Counted from the stretch's first letter, positions 42,301 through 52,437 are shown. The stretch: DNA of 64,000 nt from Candidatus Poseidoniales archaeon (GCA_045567955.1 JBJLBX010000013.1:2226-66225), one strand, 5' to 3'. The notes: generated from the sequence alone by a model not told the origin. Made by a program: numbers and translations.

Positions 42301-43737
42301 CTAATCAAAGCTCTCATTTAACCATTTAGTTTCAATACGATTGTAGAAGAGTATGCTAAGTAATGCCAGAATAGCACATATAGAAGAAAGTGAGATAAGA
42401 ACTATCGAAACACTATATTTTATCGCCAAACTTAGGATAGTCATTGCAATCATTGGAGGTACTGAGACTACAAAAAATTTTAAGAATACAATTGAATCAA
42501 ATAATGCTGAATTTGTTCTTAGGCCTGTGGACCAGGCAGTATAATTTACAATGTACATACCAACCGTAATCATAACGATAATACCTATAGGCAAGAGATT
42601 TATTTCCGAACTCATATAGGAGATAATAGTTAAAAATAGTAAAGGGATCCACCATGTTATGGTAAAGAATAATACAAGTCTAGCTCTTACAACGTCTGAG
42701 ACTGAAATAGGTAGGGTCGAATAAAAATGAGGATTGTCTATGGTGTTTAGCCAAGAATAGATCATAGTACCAAAAAAGCCAACCATAACGGCATAGAAAA
42801 TTGTATTGAAATCAATTTGTATTGGTAAACCTTTGTCTATAAACCAATTCATAAATGTTAAAATTCCTAGAGGGAAGGCAAATGAAAAGAACATTTTTAT
42901 TCCAGTTTTACTTCTTTGTAAATCGATTCTTTCTTTTGCTATTATAGCTGGGTTTGAAATGTTTTGAGCCCATTTGAATTTTTTGATATACTCGTATAAT
43001 CTATTTTGGTATCCTATCATTTGAATTGGCGCTTGCTCATGATAGTCTGTAATTAGCAAGGTGGCAAAAATAGCGAGTAATATTGGAATTAGAATGGCTA
43101 TTATCATAAAGTTAGGATTATTACTTAGATACCATTCGAGCGACGCGGTGACTGATAAATCCTTGAAAAGAATAATGTACAGTATAGCAGTTGTTCCAGC
43201 ACCTATAATGCTTGTTTTCCAAGAAATTCTATATAGACTAGAAATAAGATAAGCAAAAGCTAATCCACTCAAAAAAGAAATACTTAATGTGAAACTAAAT
43301 TTTGTAAGATTTAGTAAGTTTATGTCATTGTAATATGCACCTAACATCCCACCAATAAATGCAGGTATAAGAGTAAAGAATGAATAAAATATAAATTCTT
43401 TGATAAAATATAGAAGTGTAATTTTCCGTTGTGTTATTGGTTGCGTATTTGGTAAGTTAATGATCATTCCTAAATATCCAAAAATTCTTTCTAGAAATTC
43501 ACTTCCAAAGAATGCTAAAGAACCTGCAAATAGACCATAAAACATTAGACCTATATGTAGTATTTCTAAATACTGAAAGTATCCCATATCAGCTATCATT
43601 TGCTCAGTAAAGATAACTGCAAGAAAGCCACTAATTGCAACAAGAATAGGAAAGGAATAGAATCCTCTTCCACTTGCAAAACTAGTATTCAATCTAATTT
43701 CTTCTTGGAGCATTCTCCATAATATTATTTTGTTCAT
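42301..43737 (-). CDS. ABC transporter permease (multi-TM)
   Basis: 478 aa with ~12 hydrophobic helices. 4-nt overlap with the upstream ATPase gene. Confidence 0.65.
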   Translation of the reverse strand: MNKIILWRMLQEEIRLNTSFASGRGFYSFPILVAISGFLAVIFTEQMIADMGYFQYLEILHIGLMFYGLFAGSLAFFGSEFLERIFGYLGMIINLPNTQPITQRKITLLYFIKEFIFYSFFTLIPAFIGGMLGAYYNDINLLNLTKFSFTLSISFLSGLAFAYLISSLYRISWKTSIIGAGTTAILYIILFKDLSVTASLEWYLSNNPNFMIIAILIPILLAIFATLLITDYHEQAPIQMIGYQNRLYEYIKKFKWAQNISNPAIIAKERIDLQRSKTGIKMFFSFAFPLGILTFMNWFIDKGLPIQIDFNTIFYAVMVGFFGTMIYSWLNTIDNPHFYSTLPISVSDVVRARLVLFFTITWWIPLLFLTIISYMSSEINLLPIGIIVMITVGMYIVNYTAWSTGLRTNSALFDSIVFLKFFVVSVPPMIAMTILSLAIKYSVSIVLISLSSICAILALLSILFYNRIETKWLNESFD

Positions 43738-44435
43738 AGGATTATTTCATGAAATAATTGTTCTAAATTTATGTTTTGTTGATCTAAATCATTCAGCTTG
43801 ATAACAGACTGAATTTCCCCCTCATGTATAATTGCAGCTCTATCACATAATCGTTGAGCATTTTCTAATAGATGGGTATTTAGAAATACAGTTCCACCTT
43901 CTTTTACATATTCTACTAACCAATCCCTGACTTTAGTTTGAACAATAGGATCTAAATTAATAAATGGTTCATCTAAGAACATTAGTTCAGTTTCAGATAT
44001 AAATGCAGCGGCTAACATTACTTTTTGCTTTTGTCCTCTTGATAAGTTACGACATACACGTCCTTCCATCGGTTGGAGATCAAAGAATTCAATCCAAAAT
44101 TCTATTTTTGGTTTCTCTATCTTTCTTATTGATGAGACCATTTCGAGGACTTCTCTTGGTGTGAGGAAACTGGGTGGTGATTCTTGCTCAGGTATAATTG
44201 CAATTTTTCTTTTAACTTCCATTATATTTTGTTCAATATTCATTCCTAATATTTCGGCATCTCCAGTTGTAGTTCGAATTTGGCCAGTTAATATTTTTAG
44301 AAGAGTAGTCTTTCCAGCTCCGTTCGGACCCAAAAGGCCAAAGAATTCTCCTTTTTCAATGGTTAAATTAACTTCACTAAGGGCCTGAACCTCATCATAT
44401 TTTTTTGAGAGCTCAGTACATTTTATGACATTCAT
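43734..44435 (-). CDS. ABC transporter ATP-binding protein
   Basis: Walker A GPNGAGKTT, signature LSRGQKQK and Walker B LMFLDEP. Confidence 0.9.
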   Translation of the reverse strand: MNVIKCTELSKKYDEVQALSEVNLTIEKGEFFGLLGPNGAGKTTLLKILTGQIRTTTGDAEILGMNIEQNIMEVKRKIAIIPEQESPPSFLTPREVLEMVSSIRKIEKPKIEFWIEFFDLQPMEGRVCRNLSRGQKQKVMLAAAFISETELMFLDEPFINLDPIVQTKVRDWLVEYVKEGGTVFLNTHLLENAQRLCDRAAIIHEGEIQSVIKLNDLDQQNINLEQLFHEIIL

Positions 44436-44444
44436 TTTTTAATA

Positions 44445-44927
44445 TTATTTAAACATAGATAAAATAGTCTTTTTTATGATTCCTTCATCATTTTTATCAA
44501 CTTCAGGTTCGTTGTCATCTTTTCCAAAAACACTGTTTCTTAAAAGAAACATAGTAGAATTAAAACCTAGTGTATCCTTACCAATTAACCTCACAGGTAA
44601 AGGTAATAGTTCCCAAGTACGATCTACAAAACCCTGATATTTTTCATCATTACTAATGTATGATGTTCCTTTCTTACTTGCTTTTTTCATAGAACTTAGA
44701 ATAATTTTTGTTGCTATAGTAATAACTACAGAATCTATTGTATTCTTTGCCATTTTCCCAGCAGATGAAACTGCATTTGAAGCAGTTTTAGCAGCGTCTG
44801 TAGCTAAATTTGAGGCACTATCTGTTACGTTTTTTGCTTTATCCAAAACACTATTTCCTATATTTGAGGTTGCATCTTTTACCCCTTCAGCTTTTTCCTC
44901 GGCTTTCTTTTTTATATCTTTGAACAT
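44445..44927 (-). CDS. hypothetical protein (N-terminal Ala/Ser/Lys-rich helical repeats)
   Basis: 160-aa ORF lying 9 nt upstream of the ABC ATPase on the same strand. No family motif. Confidence 0.45.
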   Translation of the reverse strand: MFKDIKKKAEEKAEGVKDATSNIGNSVLDKAKNVTDSASNLATDAAKTASNAVSSAGKMAKNTIDSVVITIATKIILSSMKKASKKGTSYISNDEKYQGFVDRTWELLPLPVRLIGKDTLGFNSTMFLLRNSVFGKDDNEPEVDKNDEGIIKKTILSMFK

Positions 44928-44979
44928 TTTTGTATATGACCAATTCTATTATTAAATGTGCGGTTCAGAGGTAATTGTA

Positions 44980-45066
44980 GCGGGGGTCGCATAGCCAGGC
45001 CAATTGCGCTGGGTTTAGGTCCCAGTCCTTAGTGGTACGAGGGTTCAAATCCCTCCCCCCGCACCA
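44980..45066 (+). tRNA. tRNA-Leu (TAG), long variable arm, CCA encoded
   Basis: Acceptor GCGGGGG/CCCCCGC, anticodon stem CTGGG/CCCAG with loop TTTAGGT, a 13-nt variable arm, T arm GAGGG-TTCAAAT-CCCTC, then ACCA. Confidence 0.9.
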
Positions 45067-45094
45067 TTTATATTCTTCTTATAAATAGATAATT

Positions 45095-45214
45095 ATGGTA
45101 GATGAACCTAATACTCCAAAGAAGAAGAGAGTTACCAAGGGAGATAAGAAGGCAAAAAAGCATTTCAGTCGTTACAAGAAAGGTGGCCCTAAGAAACAGA
45201 GAGTTAAGTTGTGA
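45095..45214 (+). CDS. possible 39-aa highly basic micro-protein (not in ORF track)
   Basis: Hand translation gives MVDEPNTPKKKRVTKGDKKAKKHFSRYKKGGPKKQRVKL. Its stop overlaps the GTG start of the ROK kinase (GTGA). Confidence 0.3.
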   Translation: MVDEPNTPKKKRVTKGDKKAKKHFSRYKKGGPKKQRVKL

Positions 45215-46065
45215 TTGGGGGGGTCGAGCTAGGAGGAACTAAATGTGTTGTTGCAGTTGCAGATAATCCTTTGGATATAGTTGAAAAGAAAATAATACCA
45301 ACAAGAGACCCAAAGAATACAATATCAGATATACTTTCATTTTTTAGTAATTTTCAGATTAGTGGTTTAGGTGTGGGGTCTTTTGGGCCATTAATACTTA
45401 ATTCTAGTTTAACAGAATATGGGCTTTTAGTAGGTGAAAGTAAAAATGGTTGGAAAGGAACAAATATAGTTAAGGAATTATCAAATATTAGTTCAAATAT
45501 TGCTATTGACACGGATGTAAATACCGCAGGTATAGGTGAATATATGTATGGTAATGGTAAGAATTGTGATAATTTGGTATATGTAACAATAGGTACTGGT
45601 ATAGGAGTTGGTGTTTTGGTAAATGGTAAACCATATACTGGGAATTTCCATCTTGAAGCAGGACATATATCTGTACCCAATCCAGATCAAATATCAGGAG
45701 TGTGTAGGATTCATGGAGAGTGTTGGGAGGGTTTAGCTAGTGGTCCTGCTTTAGAAGGGAGGTGGAATATGCAAGGTTCGGAAATTCCAGAAAATCATGT
45801 TGCTTGGGATAAGGAAGCTGAATTAATTGCATATGGTCTTGTATCTATAATTGTCAATCATTCTCCAGACAAGATAATACTAGGTGGTGGTGTTATGAAA
45901 CAAAGTCACCTATATTCAAAAATTAGGTTTCATTTTAAGAAAATATGGAATAATTATACTCCATTAGTTGATTTAACAGATTTGATTTCCAAACCAGGTT
46001 TAGGTTCTGATTCGGGTATTATTGGTTCTTTAATCTTAGCAGATGGTGGGCCCGCCCAGATTTGA
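45211..46065 (+). CDS. ROK-family sugar kinase (fructokinase-like)
   Basis: N-terminal ELGGTK, GTGIGVGVLVNG, EAGHI and Zn motif CRIHGECWEGLASGPALEGRW. Confidence 0.85.
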   Translation: MIGGVELGGTKCVVAVADNPLDIVEKKIIPTRDPKNTISDILSFFSNFQISGLGVGSFGPLILNSSLTEYGLLVGESKNGWKGTNIVKELSNISSNIAIDTDVNTAGIGEYMYGNGKNCDNLVYVTIGTGIGVGVLVNGKPYTGNFHLEAGHISVPNPDQISGVCRIHGECWEGLASGPALEGRWNMQGSEIPENHVAWDKEAELIAYGLVSIIVNHSPDKIILGGGVMKQSHLYSKIRFHFKKIWNNYTPLVDLTDLISKPGLGSDSGIIGSLILADGGPAQI

Positions 46066-46119
46066 ACTGGAGTCTATACCACCCCAAGGTACAAGGATGC
46101 CAAGCTACCCCACGGGCCC
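46044..46119 (-). tRNA. tRNA-Pro (GGG), CCA encoded
   Basis: Minus-strand fold: acceptor GGGCCCG/CGGGCCC, anticodon stem GTACC/GGTAT with loop TTGGGGT, T arm TCCAG-TTCAAAT-CTGGG, then ACCA. It overlaps the last codons of the ROK gene in antisense. Confidence 0.85.
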
Positions 46120-46174
46120 AGTTTTGACAGACTGTCGTCAATGATAATACATTTCTGTAGTCTGGATTTCACTT

Positions 46175-46366
46175 CTAATCGTAAGGTAACAATTCGTCTA
46201 TTAAGTCTACGTGAGATACAAAAATTTTCCTGCAGCAATAGCGTTTAACACCTAAATCATCCATTACTTCTCCAGGATCTTCGCCATTTTCTCTTCTTTC
46301 TATGAATTGTTCATAGTGTCCGCCTATTACTTTGTTACAACTGAAACATCTTACTGGTACTAACAT
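46175..46366 (-). CDS. rpoN: RNA polymerase subunit N (Rpo10)
   Basis: 63 aa. MLVPVRCFSCNKVIG...RYCCRKIF zinc-binding signature. Confidence 0.9.
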   Translation of the reverse strand: MLVPVRCFSCNKVIGGHYEQFIERRENGEDPGEVMDDLGVKRYCCRKIFVSHVDLIDELLPYD

Positions 46367-46372
46367 TTTACT

Positions 46373-46774
46373 TCACCTATATGATTTCTGCCTCTTCTTA
46401 CGAGCACCGCGACCCATTGGGTGTTTGGGCTCTTTGCGCCTAGTATCATTGACTAGCAATGCACGATCATAGCTTTGGAAAAGGTTTTGAAGTTTTTCGT
46501 CTCCGAACCACTCAACTATGCCTCTAGCAATAGCTGTACGTGCAGCTTCAGCTTGGCCCATCACTCCTCCACCTTGTACACTTATATTAATATCAACTCT
46601 ATTTCTCTGTTTACCAGCTAGTTCTAAAGGTTCTTGAATTTTTAATCTGGCTAATTCTGGTTGATAGAATTCAACTGGTTTATTATTGATTCTAACTCTA
46701 CCTTTACCTGATTTTAATGTAGCTCGAGCAATAGCAGTTTTTCTTTTTCCACTTGTGTGTATTACTTTTACCAT
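46373..46774 (-). CDS. rps9: ribosomal protein S9 (uS9)
   Basis: [28 protein letters not shown] and a C-terminal ...RKKRQKSYR. Confidence 0.95.
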   Translation of the reverse strand: MVKVIHTSGKRKTAIARATLKSGKGRVRINNKPVEFYQPELARLKIQEPLELAGKQRNRVDINISVQGGGVMGQAEAARTAIARGIVEWFGDEKLQNLFQSYDRALLVNDTRRKEPKHPMGRGARKKRQKSYR

Positions 46775-47187
46775 TAGAATTTAGCCCCTAAAATTTTAGA
46801 AACTTCTCCGAGTTTAACATAATTTGATGAATTATTCATTTTTGCATTATCTATTGTTTGGGCCTTTTCCTCTTTTAAGGATATAGGAGTGCCTACATCT
46901 ACTTTTAATCTCTTAAAAGCTTCCCGGCCTCTTGGTTTTTGATAAGGTATCATTCCTCTTATAGCTCTCTTTAACATTCTATGAGGCATTCGAGGGTAGA
47001 ATGGACCTTTTCTGGGATGATTTAAGTTTCGTTTTTCAATATATTCTCCAAAAACCATTTCTTTAGTTCCTGAAATTACTGCATTTTCAGCATTAATTAC
47101 ATGTACCTGTTCACCATTCAATAAACTTTTTGCTACTGAACTGGCTAATCGACCCATAATACATTCACTAGCATCTACGACTATCAT
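46774..47187 (-). CDS. rpl13: ribosomal protein L13 (uL13)
   Basis: 137 aa. [14 protein letters not shown]...[22 protein letters not shown] pattern, in the conserved L18e-L13-S9-RpoN order. Confidence 0.9.
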   Translation of the reverse strand: MIVVDASECIMGRLASSVAKSLLNGEQVHVINAENAVISGTKEMVFGEYIEKRNLNHPRKGPFYPRMPHRMLKRAIRGMIPYQKPRGREAFKRLKVDVGTPISLKEEKAQTIDNAKMNNSSNYVKLGEVSKILGAKF

Positions 47188-47573
47188 TATCCAATCACCT
47201 TTACATCAGTGCCTTTTGGGCTTTTCTTAATCATTTCGCTATAAGTAAAGCATTTACCTCCGGCGGCTTCAACTTTTTCTTTAGCTGAATGCGTGAAACT
47301 ATAAGCGGCTACAGTTATTTTCTTAGTAAGAATACCAGTTCCCATCAATTTACCAGGGATAATAGCTTTGTCATTTTTATCGACATTATATTCTAATTTG
47401 CTGACATTTACGTTATGCCAGTTCCTTGAAGATCCTTCTAATTTTAAGGCTATACTTCTCCATAGTGGTGCATCATTTGCACGAGATGCTTTTTTCAAAT
47501 CATCTATGGTTTTGACTAGCTCAGAATTGCTTTTCCGGGTGATTTGTTTCAAAGACATTGCTGAATATTCCAA
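47187..47573 (-). CDS. rpl18e: ribosomal protein L18e (eL18)
   Basis: 128 aa. NVNVSKL...IIPGKLMGTGIL...VAAYSFTHSAKEKVEAAGG pattern, in the conserved cluster position. Confidence 0.85.
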   Translation of the reverse strand: MEYSAMSLKQITRKSNSELVKTIDDLKKASRANDAPLWRSIALKLEGSSRNWHNVNVSKLEYNVDKNDKAIIPGKLMGTGILTKKITVAAYSFTHSAKEKVEAAGGKCFTYSEMIKKSPKGTDVKVIG

Positions 47574-47611
47574 ATGCAGGTTGGCGGCCAGACTGTTGTG
47601 TATATAAAATA

Positions 47612-48217
47612 TTAGTCAGAACTTATTTTGATGTTTTGACCAATTATATGTATTTTCTTTGAGCATAATAGTTGAAGAACTTTCGGGAATATTTGATGTT
47701 CCTTAATTAATATTTTTTTAGACAATGAGTCTTCGGTTTCCCCATTTTCAAGATTTACAGATGCTTGCATTATGATAGGCCCTGAATCGATACCTTCATC
47801 AACAAAATGCACAGTACATCCACTTTTTTTCACTCCAGATTTTATTACATCTCTGTGTGCATGTGCTCCAGGGAAGGCAGGAAGCAGTGAGGGGTGAATG
47901 TTAATTATTTTGTATTTGTATTTATTGATAAAATTAGAACTTAATATTCTCATGAATCCAGCAAGTGCTATGATTTCAATATTCTTTTCTCTGAAAATAT
48001 CTATTACTTCTTTTTCAAATTCGCTTCTAGTTTTATTTTTAGATTCTATTATATTGTATTCTATATTTTGTTCTTTTGCTATTTTAATTACTTGAGCTTC
48101 TTTTTTGTTAACTATTAAGTGAGATATTTCTACATCCGGTAGATTTCCTTTATTTAGTTCTTTCAATATAGCATGGAAATTACTCCCTCTTCCAGATGCC
48201 ATTACTCCTACCTTCAT
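47612..48217 (-). CDS. purN: phosphoribosylglycinamide formyltransferase
   Basis: GVMASGRGSNF, NIHPSLLPAFPG and GCTVHFVDEGIDSGPII motifs. Confidence 0.9.
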   Translation of the reverse strand: MKVGVMASGRGSNFHAILKELNKGNLPDVEISHLIVNKKEAQVIKIAKEQNIEYNIIESKNKTRSEFEKEVIDIFREKNIEIIALAGFMRILSSNFINKYKYKIINIHPSLLPAFPGAHAHRDVIKSGVKKSGCTVHFVDEGIDSGPIIMQASVNLENGETEDSLSKKILIKEHQIFPKVLQLLCSKKIHIIGQNIKISSD

Positions 48218-48241
48218 ATTTGGTCCAAGAACTTGTGTATT

Positions 48242-48877
48242 TTAATTTTCCTTTTTGGTATATTTGGCTAAAATGCCATTTCCCAGTTGTTCTACTGAAA
48301 TCAGTTTCAGATTTAATATAGATTCTTCCTTCTGAAATCCTTTTCCACCAGCAATGGTTGGTGTTCCTATTCCGCCAATAATAATACTTGAAAAAAACAC
48401 ATTATGTTCATCAAAGAGTTCTTCTTTGAGAAAAGACCACATGACCGTTTCTCCACCTTCAACAAGCACTTTTTTGACACCTCTTTCACTTAAAATATTT
48501 AGCAATTTTGTTAAATCTATCTTATTTTCTCCACATTCAATTATTTCTGCAGTTTCTAAATTATTTTTCTCAGACTGTTTGCCAACAGCTATTATTGTTT
48601 CACTTTCTCCATTTAATACATTCGAATTAATAGGTATTCTACATGAAGTATCTAGAATTACTCTGATAGGTTTTGCACCAGAATTGTTTCTGACTGTGAG
48701 GAAAGGGTTGTCTTCAATTATAGTTCCTATTCCTACAATTATTGCATCACATTCAGATCTTAATTTGTGAACTCTTTCAAAATCTTTTTCGTTTGAAATA
48801 GCTATCTGTTTTCTGTTTGGTAAAGATATTTTACCATCTGCAGATGCTGCACAGTTAAGGATAACTTCAGGTCTCAC
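48242..48877 (-). CDS. 2,5-diamino-6-ribosylamino-pyrimidinone 5'-phosphate reductase (RibD C-terminal-domain type)
   Basis: 211 aa. MRPEVILNCAASADGKISL... and the DHFR-like reductase pattern. GTG start. Confidence 0.8.
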   Translation of the reverse strand: MRPEVILNCAASADGKISLPNRKQIAISNEKDFERVHKLRSECDAIIVGIGTIIEDNPFLTVRNNSGAKPIRVILDTSCRIPINSNVLNGESETIIAVGKQSEKNNLETAEIIECGENKIDLTKLLNILSERGVKKVLVEGGETVMWSFLKEELFDEHNVFFSSIIIGGIGTPTIAGGKGFQKEESILNLKLISVEQLGNGILAKYTKKEN

Positions 48878-48936
48878 AAATTTTCTATTAGAACTATGTT
48901 AAAATATAATGGGTATATACTCATTTTTGAGTAGGA

Positions 48937-49746
48937 TTAATATTCTTCTTTTTTGTTTGGGAATTTTTTCCCCTTTACATCTTCAGCATAATTTTGGATA
49001 GCTTTACTTATTTCCTCAAATAAATTTAGATATCTACGTAAGAATCGAGGATTAAATTCGTGAGTCATTCCTAACATGTCATGTAAAACTAGAACTTGTC
49101 CATCGACATCAACACCAGCACCTATACCTATTACTGGAATGTTTAATTTAATTGCTACTTTCTTGGCAAGCTGTGCCGGTATCTTTTCTAATACGATTGA
49201 GAAGCATCCTGCCTTTTCAAGAGTATTTGCATCTTCAAGTAATTTTTTTGCTTCACTATTCTCTTTTGCTCTTACAGTGTATGTTCCAAATTTGTATATT
49301 GATTGTGGTGTTAAACCTAGATGACCCATGACGGGGATGCCTGCAGTAAGTATTCTTTCAACAGACTCTATTATTTCACTTCCACCTTCTAATTTAACTG
49401 CATGTGCTCCAGATTCTTTCATAATTCTTATAGAAGATTCGAGAGCAACTTTGGAATCTCCTTGATAAGATCCAAAAGGTAAATCAACCACAACTAATGA
49501 TCTCTTTGCAGCCCTTACTACTGATGAGGCATGATAAATCATGTTGTCTAAAGTAATAGGGAGTGTAGTCTCGTGGCCTGCCATAACATTAGATGCTGAG
49601 TCTCCTACCAAGATAACATCTATTCCTGCATTATCTACTATTTTTGCGAGAGTATAGTCATATGAAGTAAGCATGGTAATTTTTTCATTATTAGTCTTCA
49701 TTTCTTGAAGGACATTTGTTGTCACTCTTTTGTAATCTAAACTCAT
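48937..49746 (-). CDS. panB: 3-methyl-2-oxobutanoate hydroxymethyltransferase
   Basis: [32 protein letters not shown] and KLEGG motifs. 269 aa. Confidence 0.9.
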   Translation of the reverse strand: MSLDYKRVTTNVLQEMKTNNEKITMLTSYDYTLAKIVDNAGIDVILVGDSASNVMAGHETTLPITLDNMIYHASSVVRAAKRSLVVVDLPFGSYQGDSKVALESSIRIMKESGAHAVKLEGGSEIIESVERILTAGIPVMGHLGLTPQSIYKFGTYTVRAKENSEAKKLLEDANTLEKAGCFSIVLEKIPAQLAKKVAIKLNIPVIGIGAGVDVDGQVLVLHDMLGMTHEFNPRFLRRYLNLFEEISKAIQNYAEDVKGKKFPNKKEEY

Positions 49747-49868
49747 TATTCACCTTTTTCAGGACTTTAGCAGAAAGATAGGTGTAGTTATTGTTTATCA
49801 TATTTTTTTTGCATATATTTTGGACATTAGCCCGAACTCTTTTAATAGGGTTTTGCAACAGGGTAGAT

Positions 49869-50228
49869 GTGCTTGGACATGAGTACGTTCCCATAGGGAT
49901 TTTTGCGCTAATTGCGTTATCATTTCCTATAATGACATTTTTTATCGGAAGGTTCTTCCGACCGCATAATGATAATTCTCTCAAAAATTCAACTTATGAG
50001 TGTGGAGAGGTTCCAATGGGTGAGGCACATATTCAATTTCATTTCCAATATTATATGTTTGCAATTTTATTCTTAGTATTTGATTTAGTTGTAGTGTTTC
50101 TGATTCTTTGGGTACAAGTTTACCTTCAGTTAGCAATTGCCGCAAAAGTAGTAATGATGTTATTTCTGCTTTTAACTCTTCTAGGTTTGTGGTATGCGTT
50201 CAAGAAAGAGGATGTCATCTGGATATGA
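49869..50228 (+). CDS. nuoA: complex I subunit NuoA
   Basis: YECGEVPMGEAHIQFHFQYYMFAILFLVFDLVVVFL is the NuoA signature. I prefer the in-frame GTG at 49869 (119 aa) because the longer TTG-49791 ORF would include an A/T-rich promoter-like stretch. The start remains uncertain. Confidence 0.85.
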   Translation: MLGHEYVPIGIFALIALSFPIMTFFIGRFFRPHNDNSLKNSTYECGEVPMGEAHIQFHFQYYMFAILFLVFDLVVVFLILWVQVYLQLAIAAKVVMMLFLLLTLLGLWYAFKKEDVIWI

Positions 50229-50866
50229 GCTCAAAAAAGGTACGTGGTAATCCTAGCCTTAGGAAAGGAATTGGTTCTAAAACGACTGATTCAGATAAGA
50301 TAATGGAGGATCCTCCTGCAGGTGATTGGCTGGCTTTGCGATCAGATCAACTTTTGAAGTGGATTGATGATTCAGTATATAATGTGGCAGAAAGCACTGG
50401 TGTTCGTGAAGTAGTAGATAGAATTACTAGGCCAATTTTCAATTTTGCTCAAAGATTATCGCCCCACCCTTTACATTTTGGGATTATGTGTTGTGCAATT
50501 GAAATGGGTCAGGCTTCAGCCCCAGATCATGATATTGATAGGCTAGGTTTAGTTTATCGTTCTTCTCCACGTCAGTGTGATGTTTTGATAGTTAATGGTC
50601 CTGTTTGTGAAAAACTAAGGCCAAAATTGAAGACATTATATGAGCAAATGCCGGAACCTAAATGGGTTATTGCTATGGGTGAATGCGCTATTTCTGGAGG
50701 GCCGTATTGGGATTCTTATTCAGTGGTAGCTGGTGCTGATACTTTTATGCCAGTTGATGTCTACATACCAGGTTGTCCTGTTAGGCCAGAGGCTTTGATG
50801 CATGGATTTTTAACTTTACAGAAGAAAATTAGGGCTAAAGAGCCAGGTATGTTCCTTAGGAGATAA
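50225..50866 (+). CDS. nuoB: complex I subunit NuoB
   Basis: N2-cluster cysteines in GIMCCAIEM, GECAISGGPY and IPGCPVRPE. The ATG at 50225 overlaps the nuoA stop (ATGA). Confidence 0.9.
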   Translation: MSSKKVRGNPSLRKGIGSKTTDSDKIMEDPPAGDWLALRSDQLLKWIDDSVYNVAESTGVREVVDRITRPIFNFAQRLSPHPLHFGIMCCAIEMGQASAPDHDIDRLGLVYRSSPRQCDVLIVNGPVCEKLRPKLKTLYEQMPEPKWVIAMGECAISGGPYWDSYSVVAGADTFMPVDVYIPGCPVRPEALMHGFLTLQKKIRAKEPGMFLRR

Positions 50867-50869
50867 TAG

Positions 50870-51343
50870 ATGAATATTGATGAATTCATGCAGAAACTCT
50901 CGGCTTCTAAAGGAGTTTCTAATATTTCTAAAATAAGAGAGAATGTAGTGAAATTGGATTTGAGTAGAGAAGATTCTCAAGAGTTTTTTATTGGGATAAA
51001 GTCAGATTTTGAACATTGCTCATTGATAAGTGCTATTGATAATCAACCAGATTTTGAATTAGTTTACCATTTCTCTTGTATTAACAATTCAATTGTTGTT
51101 GAAGACAGCGATTATGCCGTTATGTTAGAGGCTCATGTTTATTTGAAGAGAGAATCGCCAAGCATTGATTCAATTTCAAATATTTGGTTTGGGGCAAATT
51201 GGCATGAAAGAGAAGCTTTTGATTTAATGGGTATCTATTTCATTGGACATCCAGATTTACGTAGAGTTCTTTTGCCGGAAGGGTTTGCAGGCCATCCACT
51301 CAGAAAAGATTATGTGTATGAAATACACGAGGAGGAGTGGTAA
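50870..51343 (+). CDS. nuoC: complex I subunit NuoC
   Basis: 157 aa. [32 protein letters not shown] signature. Confidence 0.9.
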   Translation: MNIDEFMQKLSASKGVSNISKIRENVVKLDLSREDSQEFFIGIKSDFEHCSLISAIDNQPDFELVYHFSCINNSIVVEDSDYAVMLEAHVYLKRESPSIDSISNIWFGANWHEREAFDLMGIYFIGHPDLRRVLLPEGFAGHPLRKDYVYEIHEEEW

Positions 51344-52437
51344 TGGCTGAAATGTGGATTAGTATGGGTCCTCAACATCCTATGACTCATGGGCTTTGGA
51401 CTCTTAAGGTAAAAGTAGATGGTGAAACAATTGTTGATGCAGATCCTGAGTTAGGTTATCTTCATCGTTCAGTTGAAAAAATGGGGGAAAGAAGAAAGTA
51501 TTTCATGAATACTACGTTGACTGATAGGTTGTGCTATGCTAGTGCAACAACTTGGACTCATTGTTATACACATTCTGTTGAAGAATTAATGCATGTAGAA
51601 GTCCCAGTTCGTGCACAATATATTCGTACAATAATGTTAGAATTACAGAGATTGGCTTCACACCTTATGTGGGCTGGTGCTTACATGCCTGATTTAGGAC
51701 ATATTACGGGAGCTCTTTATTTCTGGAGAGATCGTGAATTATTTTTGAATCTTTTAGAACTTCCTAGTGGTAGTCGTTTACTTTATAATTATGTTAGAAT
51801 TGGTGGAGTTAAGAGAGATTTACCAGTAGGTTTTGAGGATAAAACTGAAAGAATACTTAAATTATTTGAACAAAGACTTGATGAATACGCAGATCTTTTT
51901 GAGAATTCAAAAATTTTTAGAATGCGTACCGATGATGTAGGTAAATTTACAGCAGATCAAGCAAAGAATTTAGGAATTACGGGTCCAAATCTAAGAGGTT
52001 GTGGAACAAAATTCGATTTGAGAAAGCATGATACTTATGAGATATATGAGGAAATAGATTGGGATATTTCTACTAGAGAAGCTGGACCTGGCTATAGTGA
52101 TTGTTTCAGTAGATATATGGTTAGAATAGATGAAATGAAAGAGTCTGTTCGCATTATAAGGGATTGTTTTAAGAAAATGCCAGCAGGACCTACTATGGCT
52201 TCTAATGTTCCAGTTAGAGCTCAAGGTGAAGCTTTCCGGAGAACTGAAGATTCAAGAGGCGAAGCAATGATGTATGTAGTTGGTGATGGTTCTGACAGGC
52301 CATATCGGTGGAAAATTAAGAGTCCTATGTTTACTACAATTTCAGCATGTCCACATTATCTTAAAGGTTACAAATTAGCTGATGTTCCTGCAATAATGGG
52401 AAGTATTGATATTTGTATAGGAGAGACTGACAAATGA
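51343..52437 (+). CDS. nuoD: complex I subunit NuoD
   Basis: MGPQHPMTHGLWTL, LGYLHRSVEK and a C-terminal IDICIGETDK. ATG at 51343 (TAATG with the nuoC stop) is preferred over GTG at 51337. Confidence 0.9.
   Translation: MAEMWISMGPQHPMTHGLWTLKVKVDGETIVDADPELGYLHRSVEKMGERRKYFMNTTLTDRLCYASATTWTHCYTHSVEELMHVEVPVRAQYIRTIMLELQRLASHLMWAGAYMPDLGHITGALYFWRDRELFLNLLELPSGSRLLYNYVRIGGVKRDLPVGFEDKTERILKLFEQRLDEYADLFENSKIFRMRTDDVGKFTADQAKNLGITGPNLRGCGTKFDLRKHDTYEIYEEIDWDISTREAGPGYSDCFSRYMVRIDEMKESVRIIRDCFKKMPAGPTMASNVPVRAQGEAFRRTEDSRGEAMMYVVGDGSDRPYRWKIKSPMFTTISACPHYLKGYKLADVPAIMGSIDICIGETDK

Noticed and set aside
44980-46119. The segment bounded by tRNA-Leu and tRNA-Pro considered as a possible integrated element.
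   Set aside because: It contains only a micro-ORF and a ROK sugar kinase. There is no integrase, and I noticed no duplicated tRNA 3'-end (att-like) repeat. A systematic repeat search was not possible by eye.
49791-50224. Long-form starts of nuoA (TTG 49791) and nuoB (ATG 50108).
   Set aside because: The nuoA extension would include an A/T-rich promoter-like stretch (TTTTTTTGCATATATTTT) and gives a protein longer than the NuoA norm. The nuoB extension lies wholly inside nuoA in another frame, whereas the ATG at 50225 makes an ATGA junction. Shorter starts are preferred, though the nuoA start remains uncertain.
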